Counted from the stretch's first letter, positions 41,096-50,832 are shown. The stretch is DNA of 64,000 nucleotides from an uncultured Ferruginibacter sp. (GCA_964586215.1 CAZPHA010000002.1:5388-69387), one strand, 5' to 3'. Numbers and translations: made by a program. Notes: generated from the letters alone by a model not told the origin.

Positions 41096-42220
41096 TTGAA
41101 AAATATGACAAATACGCCATCAATGGAGAAAGCAAAGCTAAAGTTTGTAATTGCAGGAGGAGGCACCGGTGGTCATATTTTTCCGGCAATAGCCATTGCT
41201 AATGCCATTAAAAAACGAATGCCTGATGTTGATTTTTTGTTTATAGGCGCAAAAGGGAAAATGGAAATGGAAAAAGTGCCACAGGCAGGATATAAAATAG
41301 TAGGGCTGGATATAGCAGGGTTTAACAGAAGTTCTTTGATAAAAAATATTAACCTGCCTATAAAGCTGGTGAAAAGTTATTATCAGGTAAAAAAAATATT
41401 TAAAACTTTTAAGCCAACAGCCGCAATCGGAGTAGGTGGATATTCCAGCTTCCCGGTATTACGATATGCTCAGAAAAAGCAGATACCGACTTTTATTCAT
41501 GAAAGCAATTCTTTTGCAGGAAAGAGCAATATGTTACTGGGAAAAAAGGCCGTTAAGATTTTTGTGGCAACTGATGGGATGGAGAAATTTTTCCCTAAAG
41601 AAAAAATAAAAATTACCGGCAATCCGGTAAGGGCTGCGATTATTAATAATAATCTTACAAAAGAAGAGGCATTAAAGTTTTTCGGATTAAATGAGCATCA
41701 AACAACTATATTATCAATCGGAGGAAGTTTGGGCGCTAAGAGTATTAACGATGCAATAGCAAAGGATTTGCAACTTTTAGGAGATGCAAAGTTACAAATA
41801 ATTTGGCAAACCGGCAAATTGTTCGCCGGACAGGCAAAGTTGGCCACCGATGGCAAAAGCTATGTATGGACAAATGATTTTATTACACAAATGGAATATG
41901 CTTATGCCGCTGCCGATATTGTAATTAGTAGAAGTGGCGCCATGGCAATAACAGAATTAGCAGTAGTAAAAAAACCGGTCATTTTTGTACCTTATCCATT
42001 TGCTGCAGAAGATCATCAAACAGTAAATGCACAAAACCTGGTAAACAAAAATGCCGGAATATTGGTGAAAGATAGTGAGGCGCTTCATGCATTAATACCA
42101 ACTGTGATAACCTTGTCCAAAGATAAGGTACGGCAGGAAGAGTTAAAAACCAATATAGGAAAATTGGGAGTTACTAATGCTGACGATCAAATTGCAGCGC
42201 AGATTTTAGAGTTAGTTTAA
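41096..42220 (+). CDS. murG: Undecaprenyldiphospho-muramoylpentapeptide beta-N-acetylglucosaminyltransferase
   Basis: 'GGGTGGHIFP', 'GNPVR', 'GGSLGA', 'HQTVNA'. Confidence 0.97.
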   Translation: MKNMTNTPSMEKAKLKFVIAGGGTGGHIFPAIAIANAIKKRMPDVDFLFIGAKGKMEMEKVPQAGYKIVGLDIAGFNRSSLIKNINLPIKLVKSYYQVKKIFKTFKPTAAIGVGGYSSFPVLRYAQKKQIPTFIHESNSFAGKSNMLLGKKAVKIFVATDGMEKFFPKEKIKITGNPVRAAIINNNLTKEEALKFFGLNEHQTTILSIGGSLGAKSINDAIAKDLQLLGDAKLQIIWQTGKLFAGQAKLATDGKSYVWTNDFITQMEYAYAAADIVISRSGAMAITELAVVKKPVIFVPYPFAAEDHQTVNAQNLVNKNAGILVKDSEALHALIPTVITLSKDKVRQEELKTNIGKLGVTNADDQIAAQILELV

Positions 42221-42274
42221 ATAATATTTAAAAATATTTTTAGCGATATAACAGAAAATAAGAGAAAGATCAGA

Positions 42275-43714
42275 ATGAGTGTTTATAAAAGAATATTAGC
42301 GTCTTTAGGTGCTGCTGTACCACAGGATGATACCGCTGAAGCAATCTATTTTGTTGGTATTGGTGGAATTGGTATGAGCGCTTTAGCAAGATATTTTCAT
42401 CAAAAAGGAGTACGGGTAAGTGGTTATGATAAAACACCCACTACATTGACTGCCCAGTTGATTAAAGAAGGTATAGCCATACATTACGAAGACAATGTTT
42501 CATTCATTGATCCGGCAGTACAATTGGTAGTTTACACACCTGCAATACCCAAAGATCATCAGGAGTTGAACTATTATAAACAAGCAGGGTATATGGTGGT
42601 AAAGCGAAGTGACGTATTAGGAGCTATTACGCAAACTTCTTTTAATATTTGTATAGCAGGCACACATGGAAAAACTACTACCAGTACTATGATTGCTCAT
42701 ATTTTACACCATAGCCAATATGGGTGCAATGCATTTTTGGGAGGTATCGCTGCTAATTATGATAGTAATTATTTGAGTAGCGATAATAATGTGTGTGTTA
42801 TTGAAGCAGATGAATATGACAGAAGTTTTTTAAAATTAAGTCCTGATATAGCGATCATTACGGCTATGGATGCTGATCACCTGGATATTTATGGTACACA
42901 AAAAGATGTTCAGGATGCTTTTATTGATTTTTCAGGTAAAATTAAAGAAGGTGGATTGTTGATAAGCAAATATAATTTACCCCGGCAGGAGGAATTGAAA
43001 GCATCGCAACATTTCACTTATCACTTAAATAATAGTAACGCTCATGCATATGCGAAAAATATAAACATCAGTGAGGGTAGTTATACTTTTGATATAGTTA
43101 TAAATAATTGGGAATTGAAGAATGTGGTATTGAATATGGGCGGATTGCACAATATTGAAAATATGGTTGCGGCCATAACGGTGGCTCATCATTTAAAAAT
43201 TGATGCAAACAAAATATTGTTGGCGGTAAAGGATTTTAAAGGGGTAAAAAGAAGATTTGAGTATATCATAAAACCGGGCGCTGAGAAATCAAATGCAAGT
43301 GATATTGTTTTTGTAGATGATTATGCTCACCATCCCGAAGAGCTAAAAGCATTGATAATGGGTGCAAAAAAATTGTTTCCCGATAAAAAATGCACCATTG
43401 TTTTTCAGCCACATTTATTTAGCAGGACTAATGATTTTGCAGATGGATTTGCAGAAGCGTTGGACATGGCTGATAATGTTATTTTGCTTCCTGTTTATCC
43501 GGCAAGAGAATTGCCTATGGAAGGCGTAACCAGTGAGCTGATAAGTGGCAAAATGAAGAATAAAAATGTTGTAGTTGTCAGTAAGGATCAATTAGTCGAC
43601 GTACTTAAACAGCGGAAAATTGATTTATTGATTACGGCAGGCGCCGGGGATATTGATACACTGGTTGAACCAATAAGAAATTGGTTACATGATGAATTAA
43701 TAAAGATAAACTGA
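42275..43714 (+). CDS. murC: UDP-N-acetylmuramate--L-alanine ligase
   Basis: 'GIGGIGMS', 'GTHGKTTT', 'EADEYD', 'DDYAHHP'. Confidence 0.97.
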   Translation: MSVYKRILASLGAAVPQDDTAEAIYFVGIGGIGMSALARYFHQKGVRVSGYDKTPTTLTAQLIKEGIAIHYEDNVSFIDPAVQLVVYTPAIPKDHQELNYYKQAGYMVVKRSDVLGAITQTSFNICIAGTHGKTTTSTMIAHILHHSQYGCNAFLGGIAANYDSNYLSSDNNVCVIEADEYDRSFLKLSPDIAIITAMDADHLDIYGTQKDVQDAFIDFSGKIKEGGLLISKYNLPRQEELKASQHFTYHLNNSNAHAYAKNINISEGSYTFDIVINNWELKNVVLNMGGLHNIENMVAAITVAHHLKIDANKILLAVKDFKGVKRRFEYIIKPGAEKSNASDIVFVDDYAHHPEELKALIMGAKKLFPDKKCTIVFQPHLFSRTNDFADGFAEALDMADNVILLPVYPARELPMEGVTSELISGKMKNKNVVVVSKDQLVDVLKQRKIDLLITAGAGDIDTLVEPIRNWLHDELIKIN

Positions 43715-43719
43715 GTATA

Positions 43720-44958
43720 ATGAATTTTAAAAGACCAAAAGTTATGCGAATATTAAAAGCCTCATTTTGGGGAGGTTTAGGTATTGGTTGCATTATACTT
43801 TTGGCAGCTGCTATCCATAAAAAAGAATCTCAGCCCTGCAAAGGCGTTGATATTCAGATAAAAGATGTCAGCAATAATTTTTTTGTGGATAAAAAAGATA
43901 TTTTAAATACTATAGCCCACTTTGCAGGCACAGAGCCCATTGGCGTAAAAATGAGCTCAATTAACTTGAAGTTAATCGAAAAAGCGTTGGAAAAAAATGT
44001 TTGGATAAAAGCTGCAGAGCTATATTTTGATAACAATGCCGTGTTGCACGTACTGATAACAGAAAGAGAACCGGTAGCCAGAATTTTTGATATAAATGGC
44101 GGATCATTTTATATAGATAGTTCTCTTGCACGGCTACCATTAAGCAGTAATTTTTCTGCCAGAGTGCCGGTTTTTACAGGTTTTCCTTCTGATAGAATAA
44201 TATTGTCAGGAGCAGATAGCCTTTTGTTAAAAGATGTAAATGCCTTAAGCTGTGCTATTCAGAAAGATTCTTTCCGGATGGCAATGGTAGAACAGATTGA
44301 TATTACGGCTCAACGAACTTTTGAAATGATCCCAAAAATCGGTAATCAGATTATAATATTTGGAGATGCTGCTGATATGGAAGAGAAATTTGACAAACTA
44401 CAATTGTTTTATGCAAACGTAATGTCTAAAACCGGTTTGGGAAAATATAGTATTATCAACCTGCAATATAAAAACCAAATTGTGGCTAAGAAAAAAGATG
44501 CGGAAGATGTTGCAGCAAATACCCAGCGTACCGTACAAATTATGCAAATGATTGCTGCCAATGCTGCAAAAAGGGTAAGCGATAGTGTTCAGACAATTAT
44601 GCAGGATACTGATAATAACACAGCGGATAGTAGTATCATTCAGCAATCTATTCAGAGGGAAGAAGGCGATGATGCAGGAGATAATAATATGATAGAAGAA
44701 AAAAAAGCTACGATTAATCCTGTTATTCTTTTGCCAGTTACCCCACCAACGAATCAAAGTAATAGTAAAGAGACTAAAAAGGTTAGTCAGCCAAAAAAGA
44801 CAGTTGAAAAAGCTCCGGAGAAAAAAGACATACCCAAAAAAGTGACCGGTAGTAACGACAGTAAGGCCAAAGAAAAACAAAAAGTGACCAAATCTGCTGG
44901 AGAAAAAAAGCAAGCTAATGCACCAAAACCTAAGCCAAAAACAAATGATTACAGATAG
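43720..44958 (+). CDS. ftsQ: Cell division protein FtsQ/DivIB with long low-complexity C-terminal tail
   Basis: TM, POTRA 'IEKALEKNVWIKAAELY', 'EREPVARI'; position before ftsA. Confidence 0.85.
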   Translation: MNFKRPKVMRILKASFWGGLGIGCIILLAAAIHKKESQPCKGVDIQIKDVSNNFFVDKKDILNTIAHFAGTEPIGVKMSSINLKLIEKALEKNVWIKAAELYFDNNAVLHVLITEREPVARIFDINGGSFYIDSSLARLPLSSNFSARVPVFTGFPSDRIILSGADSLLLKDVNALSCAIQKDSFRMAMVEQIDITAQRTFEMIPKIGNQIIIFGDAADMEEKFDKLQLFYANVMSKTGLGKYSIINLQYKNQIVAKKKDAEDVAANTQRTVQIMQMIAANAAKRVSDSVQTIMQDTDNNTADSSIIQQSIQREEGDDAGDNNMIEEKKATINPVILLPVTPPTNQSNSKETKKVSQPKKTVEKAPEKKDIPKKVTGSNDSKAKEKQKVTKSAGEKKQANAPKPKPKTNDYR

Positions 44959-45037
44959 GCCATGGTTGCAATAAATTGAAAACTAAAATAAAAATTAATA
45001 AACAAAACATAAACACACACAAACAAAACATAAAACT

Positions 45038-46426
45038 ATGAGTAATCAACAACCAATTATTGTAGGCTTGGATATTGGTACTACCAAAATAGCTGCCATA
45101 GCTGGCCGAAAAAATGAATTCGGTAAATTGGAAATATTGGGTTTCGGCCGTGCTAACAGCAATGGAGTGCAGCACGGAATGGTACTTAATATCGATCAAA
45201 CTATTAAGGCTATTTACAATGCTTTAGAAAATTGTTATGCATCCAATCCTAATTTAGAAATCAATGAAGTGTATGTAGGCATTGCCGGCCACCATATTAA
45301 GAGCTTGCAAACACGTGGTGATATAGTTCGACAGACAGTGGAAGAAGAAATACGTCAGGAAGAAATAGACAGGCTGATCGCCGATCAATATCGTACATAT
45401 ATTCCGGCTGGGGATCAAATTATTGATGTAATTCCTCAGGAATTTACGGTAGATAATTTTCAAAATATTCCTAATCCAATTGGTTATAGCGGCGTAAAAG
45501 TTGGCGCTAATTTTCACATTATTACCGGCGACAAAAATGCTATCCGCAATATCAATCGCAGTGTTGAAAAGGCAGGTCTTAGAACAAAAGATCTGGTATT
45601 GCAACCTTTAGCTTCCGCAGCGGCAGTTATGTGCGATCAGGATTTGGAAGCCGGAGTTGCCATTGTAGATATTGGTGGTGGTACTACAGATTTGGCCGTT
45701 TTTTATGAAGGAATATTAAAACATACTGCTGTAATACCGTTTGGCGGTGAAAATATTACCAACGATATTAAAATGGGACTAGGTGTTCTGAAAACACAGG
45801 CGGAACAAATGAAGGTACAATTTGGCAGTGCATTGAGTGACGAAGCTAAAGCTAATGCATATATTACCATTCCTGGTTTAAGAGGCATGGCTCCCAAAGA
45901 AATATCTGTAAAAAATCTTGCTCATATTATTCAGGCAAGGATGAGTGAGATCATGGATTTTGTTACTTACCACCTCAAGCAGGTAGGGCTGGAAACTCGT
46001 ATGTTGAATGGTGGGATTATCCTTACAGGCGGGGGTGCACAATTGAAGCACCTGATCCAGCTGACAGAATATGTAACTGGTATGAATGCCAGAATCGGAT
46101 ATCCAAATGAACATCTTGCTGCAGGACATATGGATGAGCTTGCCAAACCAATGTACAGTACTTGTATTGGGCTGATTTTGAAAGGATATAATGATTATGA
46201 GAATAGTAACGAGCAGTTACAACGTGATTTTATTAAGGTTACACTACCCAAAGAGGCTGATCAACAGGAAGGCATAGACGAAAATGAAGCGGTTATTGCT
46301 GCTACTCCTACTCAGGTAGAACAAAAAAATATAAAGCCTCGAAAATCACTTAAGCATTTTATGGACTCATTTAAAATTGGTTTGATTGATTTGTTTAAAG
46401 AAGAAGAAGATACACAGTTTAAATAA
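45038..46426 (+). CDS. ftsA: Cell division protein FtsA
   Basis: 'GLDIGTTK', 'DIGGGTTD', 'LTGGGAQL'. Confidence 0.97.
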   Translation: MSNQQPIIVGLDIGTTKIAAIAGRKNEFGKLEILGFGRANSNGVQHGMVLNIDQTIKAIYNALENCYASNPNLEINEVYVGIAGHHIKSLQTRGDIVRQTVEEEIRQEEIDRLIADQYRTYIPAGDQIIDVIPQEFTVDNFQNIPNPIGYSGVKVGANFHIITGDKNAIRNINRSVEKAGLRTKDLVLQPLASAAAVMCDQDLEAGVAIVDIGGGTTDLAVFYEGILKHTAVIPFGGENITNDIKMGLGVLKTQAEQMKVQFGSALSDEAKANAYITIPGLRGMAPKEISVKNLAHIIQARMSEIMDFVTYHLKQVGLETRMLNGGIILTGGGAQLKHLIQLTEYVTGMNARIGYPNEHLAAGHMDELAKPMYSTCIGLILKGYNDYENSNEQLQRDFIKVTLPKEADQQEGIDENEAVIAATPTQVEQKNIKPRKSLKHFMDSFKIGLIDLFKEEEDTQFK

Positions 46427-46531
46427 TCTCTTATTTATAAAAACATTAATGTAATTCATTAAAATTCATACAATAAAATCATCAGCATTTATTTAACAAA
46501 AATACTACTAACCCTAAATCAACAATAAACT

Positions 46532-48385
46532 ATGATACATTTTGATTTACCTAAAGAACAATCTTCCATCATCAAAGTCATTGGTGTGGGAGGTGGCGGA
46601 AGCAATGCTGTTAATCACATGTTTTCGCAAAATATCGAAGGTGTAAATTTTATTATATGCAATACAGATGCCCAGGCAATAGCATTAAGTAAAGTGCCTA
46701 ATAAAATACAGTTAGGGCCACATTTAACTCAGGGGCTGGGTGCAGGTGCTAATCCCAGTATTGGCCGCCAGGCAATGGAAGAGAGCCTGGAAGAAATTAA
46801 AAGGATTTTGGAAGTAAATACTAAAATGGCTTTTATTACAGCCGGTATGGGAGGTGGTACCGGTACCGGTGGAGTTCCCACATTGGCAAAGGTTTGCAAA
46901 GACCTGGGGATTCTTACGGTGGGCATTGTCACCACGCCTTTCGCTTATGAAGGTAAAAAAAGAATTGCTCAGGCAGAAGAAGGTATTACAGCCTTAAAAA
47001 ATCATGTAGATACACTATTGGTGATAAGCAATGACAAGTTACGCCATCAATTTGGTAACCTTAAAATGAAAGAAGCTTTTGCAAAAGCAGATAATGTATT
47101 GGCCACTGCTGCGAAATGTATTACGGATGTGATAAATAGTACCGGTCAAATTAATGTGGACTTTGCAGATGTGTGTACAGTTATGCGTAATGGTGGTGTG
47201 GCTATTTTGGGAAGCGCTAGTGCTGAAGGCGAAAACAGAGCACAGATGGCAATAGAAAATGCTTTGAACTCGCCATTGTTGAATGATAGCGATATTCGTG
47301 GAGCAAGATGGATATTAATCAATATTAACTCTGCCGAAGGTGAACATGAGTTTACCATGGATGAAGTAGAAATCATACAAAATTATTTGCTAAGTCAGGC
47401 AGGTGAAGATACGGATGTTATACTTGGATTAGGGTATGATAATACTTTGGGCAATGAAATTGGTATAACACTAATTGCAACAGGGTTTGAACATAAGGAT
47501 CCTTTCTTAAAAGCTGCACCTAAAGTGGAAGAAGTAAAGGATGATAAAATTGTAATGACTTTGCAGATGCCTGTTGCTAATGAGAATAAATCTGTATATC
47601 AGCCTACATTACAGTTTGAGGAAAAGAAACCAGTTTCGGGAGCGCCTGCTGCTGCTGAACAAGTAGTTAATGTGGAGAATGATTTATCACCTACTTTACA
47701 AGAAGAAGATGTTATAGTTGAAACAACAAAGGTCGCTGAAGCAGATATAAATGAACAGCATACAATTAATCCTGTCATCTTTGAATTGTATTCTTCTGAT
47801 GAGTTAATTAAATCTAAAGAGAGCAGCCCTATATCGTCTTCAACAAATAATACAGCGACTCCTTCGGTAAATGTGGAAAATGAAACAGGTAGTTTGCCAT
47901 CATCCGGTGGCTACTTGACAAAGCCTTCGCAAATTTATGTGCAGGAAAGTGTGAATCCATCTGCTTCTCTTAATGAAGAATCTTTGCAGAACAGTGAACA
48001 GGAAAGTGATATGGGAATAGATCTACAGTTGGTAGTAAAGGAAGCAGAGGTAGCGGTTGAGGAGAAGAGTAATATGCAACAACAACATTTAGCGTCAGGC
48101 GTTGCAACCACCGATGAGCAGGTTGTGCAGGATGATTCAGAAGAACTAAGGCGTCGTGCTACTGAAAGGATTGCAAAGTTGCGTAATCTTTCCTTCAATA
48201 TGAATGCTGATCTTAACAATGAATTTGAATCGGTGCCGGCTTACCTGCGTCGTAACCTGGAATTGCATAATTCTATTGCAAATGTTGAAAATTTTTACAG
48301 CAATTATACCGTAAAATCTGACGAAAATAATCAGGCAGAAATAAGTACGATTAATACTTTTTTGGAAGGTAAAAAACCTGATTAA
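46532..48385 (+). CDS. ftsZ: Cell division protein FtsZ (long linker)
   Basis: 'GVGGGGSNA', 'GMGGGTGTG', C-terminal 'VPAYLRR' peptide. Confidence 0.98.
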   Translation: MIHFDLPKEQSSIIKVIGVGGGGSNAVNHMFSQNIEGVNFIICNTDAQAIALSKVPNKIQLGPHLTQGLGAGANPSIGRQAMEESLEEIKRILEVNTKMAFITAGMGGGTGTGGVPTLAKVCKDLGILTVGIVTTPFAYEGKKRIAQAEEGITALKNHVDTLLVISNDKLRHQFGNLKMKEAFAKADNVLATAAKCITDVINSTGQINVDFADVCTVMRNGGVAILGSASAEGENRAQMAIENALNSPLLNDSDIRGARWILININSAEGEHEFTMDEVEIIQNYLLSQAGEDTDVILGLGYDNTLGNEIGITLIATGFEHKDPFLKAAPKVEEVKDDKIVMTLQMPVANENKSVYQPTLQFEEKKPVSGAPAAAEQVVNVENDLSPTLQEEDVIVETTKVAEADINEQHTINPVIFELYSSDELIKSKESSPISSSTNNTATPSVNVENETGSLPSSGGYLTKPSQIYVQESVNPSASLNEESLQNSEQESDMGIDLQLVVKEAEVAVEEKSNMQQQHLASGVATTDEQVVQDDSEELRRRATERIAKLRNLSFNMNADLNNEFESVPAYLRRNLELHNSIANVENFYSNYTVKSDENNQAEISTINTFLEGKKPD

Positions 48386-48502
48386 ACTTTTTGAAACCCA
48401 AGCAGCATCTTGATAAGGGGATATCTGGGCATTTGAGTTCATTTGTGTATTGAAAATGCCCATAGAAAGTAGTTTATGTTTGATGGATGAATCGTTTGTG
48501 TG

Positions 48503-48537
48503 GCCGTCCTGATTAATATCAGGGCGGCTTGTGTTTT
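48503..48537 (+). terminator. Probable terminator after ftsZ
   Basis: GCCGTCCTGAT-TAAT-ATCAGGGCGGC stem (one G-U pair) followed by TTGTGTTTT. Confidence 0.55.
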
Positions 48538-48613
48538 GTGGTATGAAATTAATATTTAATACTAAACCGCTAACAAGATTTATAAAATAATGAAGCTGTT
48601 TAGACTTTTGTTC

Positions 48614-48647
48614 CCACGGGGTCTTTTTTGCAAAAAAGACCCCGTGG
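48614..48647. repeat. Perfect 34-bp palindrome
   Basis: CCACGGGGTCTTTTTTG|CAAAAAAGACCCCGTGG. Confidence 0.9.
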
Positions 48648-48775
48648 AGACCCATATTTTGCTTAAATATATTACTTATCTTGTTAGTAATTTATCATAA
48701 AATATTTTAATATATAAATAATTTATTTAAAGATATTTATGAATTATTAAATTATATAATAAAATATTAAACAGG

Positions 48776-49255
48776 TTACTTTTTTATCGCAAAAAAACGA
48801 GCCAAAGGAGCCATCCTGGCCCTGAACAATTGCAATGTATCGCCTTTAATCAGGTAGCTATCGGCAGTACCCAGTGCTTTGGTGAAAGCAGCTTCTACCT
48901 CCATTTTTTCCGGGGTGCACATCATACGGGTAGAAGCACATGTAATAGCAATTTTTGAGGGTTGACCCAGCTCATAACTGCCAATCAGTGTATTACAACC
49001 AGCATAACCTTCCACCTGGTTTTTTTCTTTTTTAAATTTAACAAAAATATCTTTAGCGTCAGCCGCATTAGCAACTGGTTTGCCCATTACCTCAATCAGC
49101 TTCCAATAAGTTTCCTTTAATGGTGCATTGGTACTTCTAATTGCATTGCTTCCGGATAATTTGGTATGATCGGATGGCGCTGGCTGGGTTGTTTTACAGC
49201 TATTTATACTGATAAATAAAAGAATGAGCGTAAGAATAGGCAAATAAGTTTTCAT
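48776..49255 (-). CDS. META domain (HslJ-like) lipoprotein
   Basis: Lipobox 'INSC', 'WKLIEVMG', 'GYAGCN', 'STRMMC'. Confidence 0.88.
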   Translation of the reverse strand: MKTYLPILTLILLFISINSCKTTQPAPSDHTKLSGSNAIRSTNAPLKETYWKLIEVMGKPVANAADAKDIFVKFKKEKNQVEGYAGCNTLIGSYELGQPSKIAITCASTRMMCTPEKMEVEAAFTKALGTADSYLIKGDTLQLFRARMAPLARFFAIKK

Positions 49256-49398
49256 CGAATTGTTTTAGGATGTTATAAAATAAATATTTAAATCAAAATT
49301 TACGATCATATTAATACAACAAATTGAGCTTTTGTAAGTGTTTTATCCCTACTATCGAACAATCTTGTCTTATTAAAGACGGCATCGGTGTATTAAAT

Positions 49399-49429
49399 TT
49401 TGCAATGGCTTAATGCAAATATACCTTTG
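49399..49429 (+). promoter_or_regulatory. Sigma70-type promoter for the bacteriocin-like peptides
   Basis: TTTG(49399-402)-N19-TACCTTTG(49422-29). Confidence 0.65.
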
Positions 49430-49608
49430 AATCATTAATGGATATTTTTCATTTTGCTAACTGTAGAACATTAATTTTCTTCAACAGTCAATAAATTACT
49501 GATTCTATAAAGTTGGAAAAAGAGAAGTGTCATTATAAACATATTTCTATTCTTAATGTGGAGTACTACACATGAAAGATGCAATTTTTTATTTAAATTT
49601 AAAAACTT

Positions 49609-49806
49609 ATGATTATGCAGCAATCAAAATTAAGTAAACTAGAATTTATCTCAATGACTGATATTGAAATGGTCAAAATTAATGGGGGAACAAAATGGCC
49701 TAAATGGTTAAAAGGCTTGGGGGTTGGTTGGTTGGTAGACCAGGTAATAAGTAATTGGGATGAAATTAAAGAAGGGTTTAGAGAAGGTTACAATGCCCGT
49801 GTATAA
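49609..49806 (+). CDS. Double-glycine leader bacteriocin-like precursor 1
   Basis: Leader ends 'MTDIEMVKINGG'; 38-aa Trp-rich core TKWPKWLKGLGVGWLVDQVISNWDEIKEGFREGYNARV with GxxxG. Confidence 0.75.
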   Translation: MIMQQSKLSKLEFISMTDIEMVKINGGTKWPKWLKGLGVGWLVDQVISNWDEIKEGFREGYNARV

Positions 49807-49859
49807 CTCCTGATTTTATAATGAATATAATATTTTTCTTAACTATTAAAACAGAAAAT

Positions 49860-50039
49860 ATGAAAACACTTGAACTAGCAAAAAAAGGTATAATAAGCAC
49901 ATTATCCGCCGAAGAAGCAAAACAAATGGTAGGTGGTGGGTTTTGGGGAGATGTTGCATGGCTTGCCGGAGTAATTGTTCATGGGGCAGTTGTATTTGCA
50001 AAAGAAGGTGGTAGCAATGCAGGCATTTGTGTACGATAA
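49860..50039 (+). CDS. Double-glycine leader bacteriocin-like precursor 2
   Basis: Start reassigned to MKTLEL; leader ends 'LSAEEAKQMVGG'; hydrophobic core GFWGDVAWLAGVIVHGAVVFAKEGGSNAGICVR. Confidence 0.75.
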   Translation: MKTLELAKKGIISTLSAEEAKQMVGGGFWGDVAWLAGVIVHGAVVFAKEGGSNAGICVR

Positions 50040-50053
50040 TATAGCTGTTAGAT

Positions 50054-50087
50054 AGGTAGGATTGATTAGTCAGCCCTACCTTTTTTT
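50054..50087 (+). terminator. Terminator after the peptide pair
   Basis: GGTAGG...CCTACC stem followed by a T7 run. Confidence 0.6.
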
Positions 50088-50117
50088 GAATATAGTCATT
50101 TATTAAATTTTGTAATC

Positions 50118-50204
50118 ATGATAAAAAAAATAACGACATTCCAATGGGTAGTTATATGGTTGGTTATATTTACTGTTCTTAGAATAATTACAAAATATTT
50201 TTAA
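50118..50204 (+). CDS. 28-aa single-helix membrane peptide MIKKITTFQWVVIWLVIFTVLRIITKYF
   Basis: Read from sequence; hydrophobic core with basic flanks; ends 7 nt before the CPBP gene. Confidence 0.45.
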   Translation: MIKKITTFQWVVIWLVIFTVLRIITKYF

Positions 50205-50211
50205 GGTATTA

Positions 50212-50691
50212 ATGAAATACGTAGGATTTTATTTGCACAAAATACACCAGTGCTTGCAAAAGCTGAACACCATTTATGTGGTTTTTATCCTTGTTTTTGC
50301 AATATTATTTGTGTCAATTTTTACTTCATTTATATCCAATTTCTTTTTTGATAAAAAAATAAATGAAGGATTCGTAAGATTTACGTCTATTTGGATGGAA
50401 ATTTTAATTGGAATTTTTTGTGCACCCATAGTTGAAACACTTATTTTTCAGTATGCAATCATTGAAACGGTAAAAAAGCGATTTAATATTACATTTGCCT
50501 GTCTGGGATCTGCATTCTTATTTTCAATATTACATTTTTACAATATATTTTATTTTCTATATTCGTTTATTGCAGGGCTGTTGCTAGCCTATGCCTATTG
50601 TTTGCCCGGAAATATTAAAAGAGGATTAATATTAACCCTAACAGTGCATATTACATATAATATTGTAGTGATGTTGCTGTCGCATTTGTAA
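50212..50691 (+). CDS. CPBP (Abi/CAAX) family intramembrane metalloprotease, candidate immunity protein
   Basis: 'APIVETLIFQ', 'LFSILH', 'H..YN' motifs; multi-TM. Confidence 0.8.
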   Translation: MKYVGFYLHKIHQCLQKLNTIYVVFILVFAILFVSIFTSFISNFFFDKKINEGFVRFTSIWMEILIGIFCAPIVETLIFQYAIIETVKKRFNITFACLGSAFLFSILHFYNIFYFLYSFIAGLLLAYAYCLPGNIKRGLILTLTVHITYNIVVMLLSHL

Positions 50692-50774
50692 TATATTTTT
50701 AATAAATATTATATATTATTTGATCCTTATACTTATATCATTTGTCCTTTCAAACAGTTGTTTGGTGTATTTTG

Positions 50775-50807
50775 TTTGGATGAAAGTCGGCTATTATATT
50801 ACCTTCG
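50775..50807 (+). promoter_or_regulatory. Promoter for the lanthipeptide-like precursor
   Basis: TTTG(50775-78)-N21-TACCTTCG(50800-07), one mismatch from consensus. Confidence 0.5.
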
Positions 50808-50832
50808 TGAAATAACTTTATAAAATTTTATT

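Noticed and set aside
45000-45034. AAACAAAACATAAA direct repeat before ftsA
   Set aside because: Low-complexity A-rich leader, consistent with Shine-Dalgarno-independent initiation in this phylum.
46532-48385. Unusually long FtsZ (617 aa)
   Set aside because: Long acidic linkers are normal for Bacteroidota FtsZ.
49821-49859. Longer start (MNIIFF...) for precursor 2 given by the ORF track
   Set aside because: MKTLEL at 49860 follows an A-rich leader and gives a typical GG-leader length.
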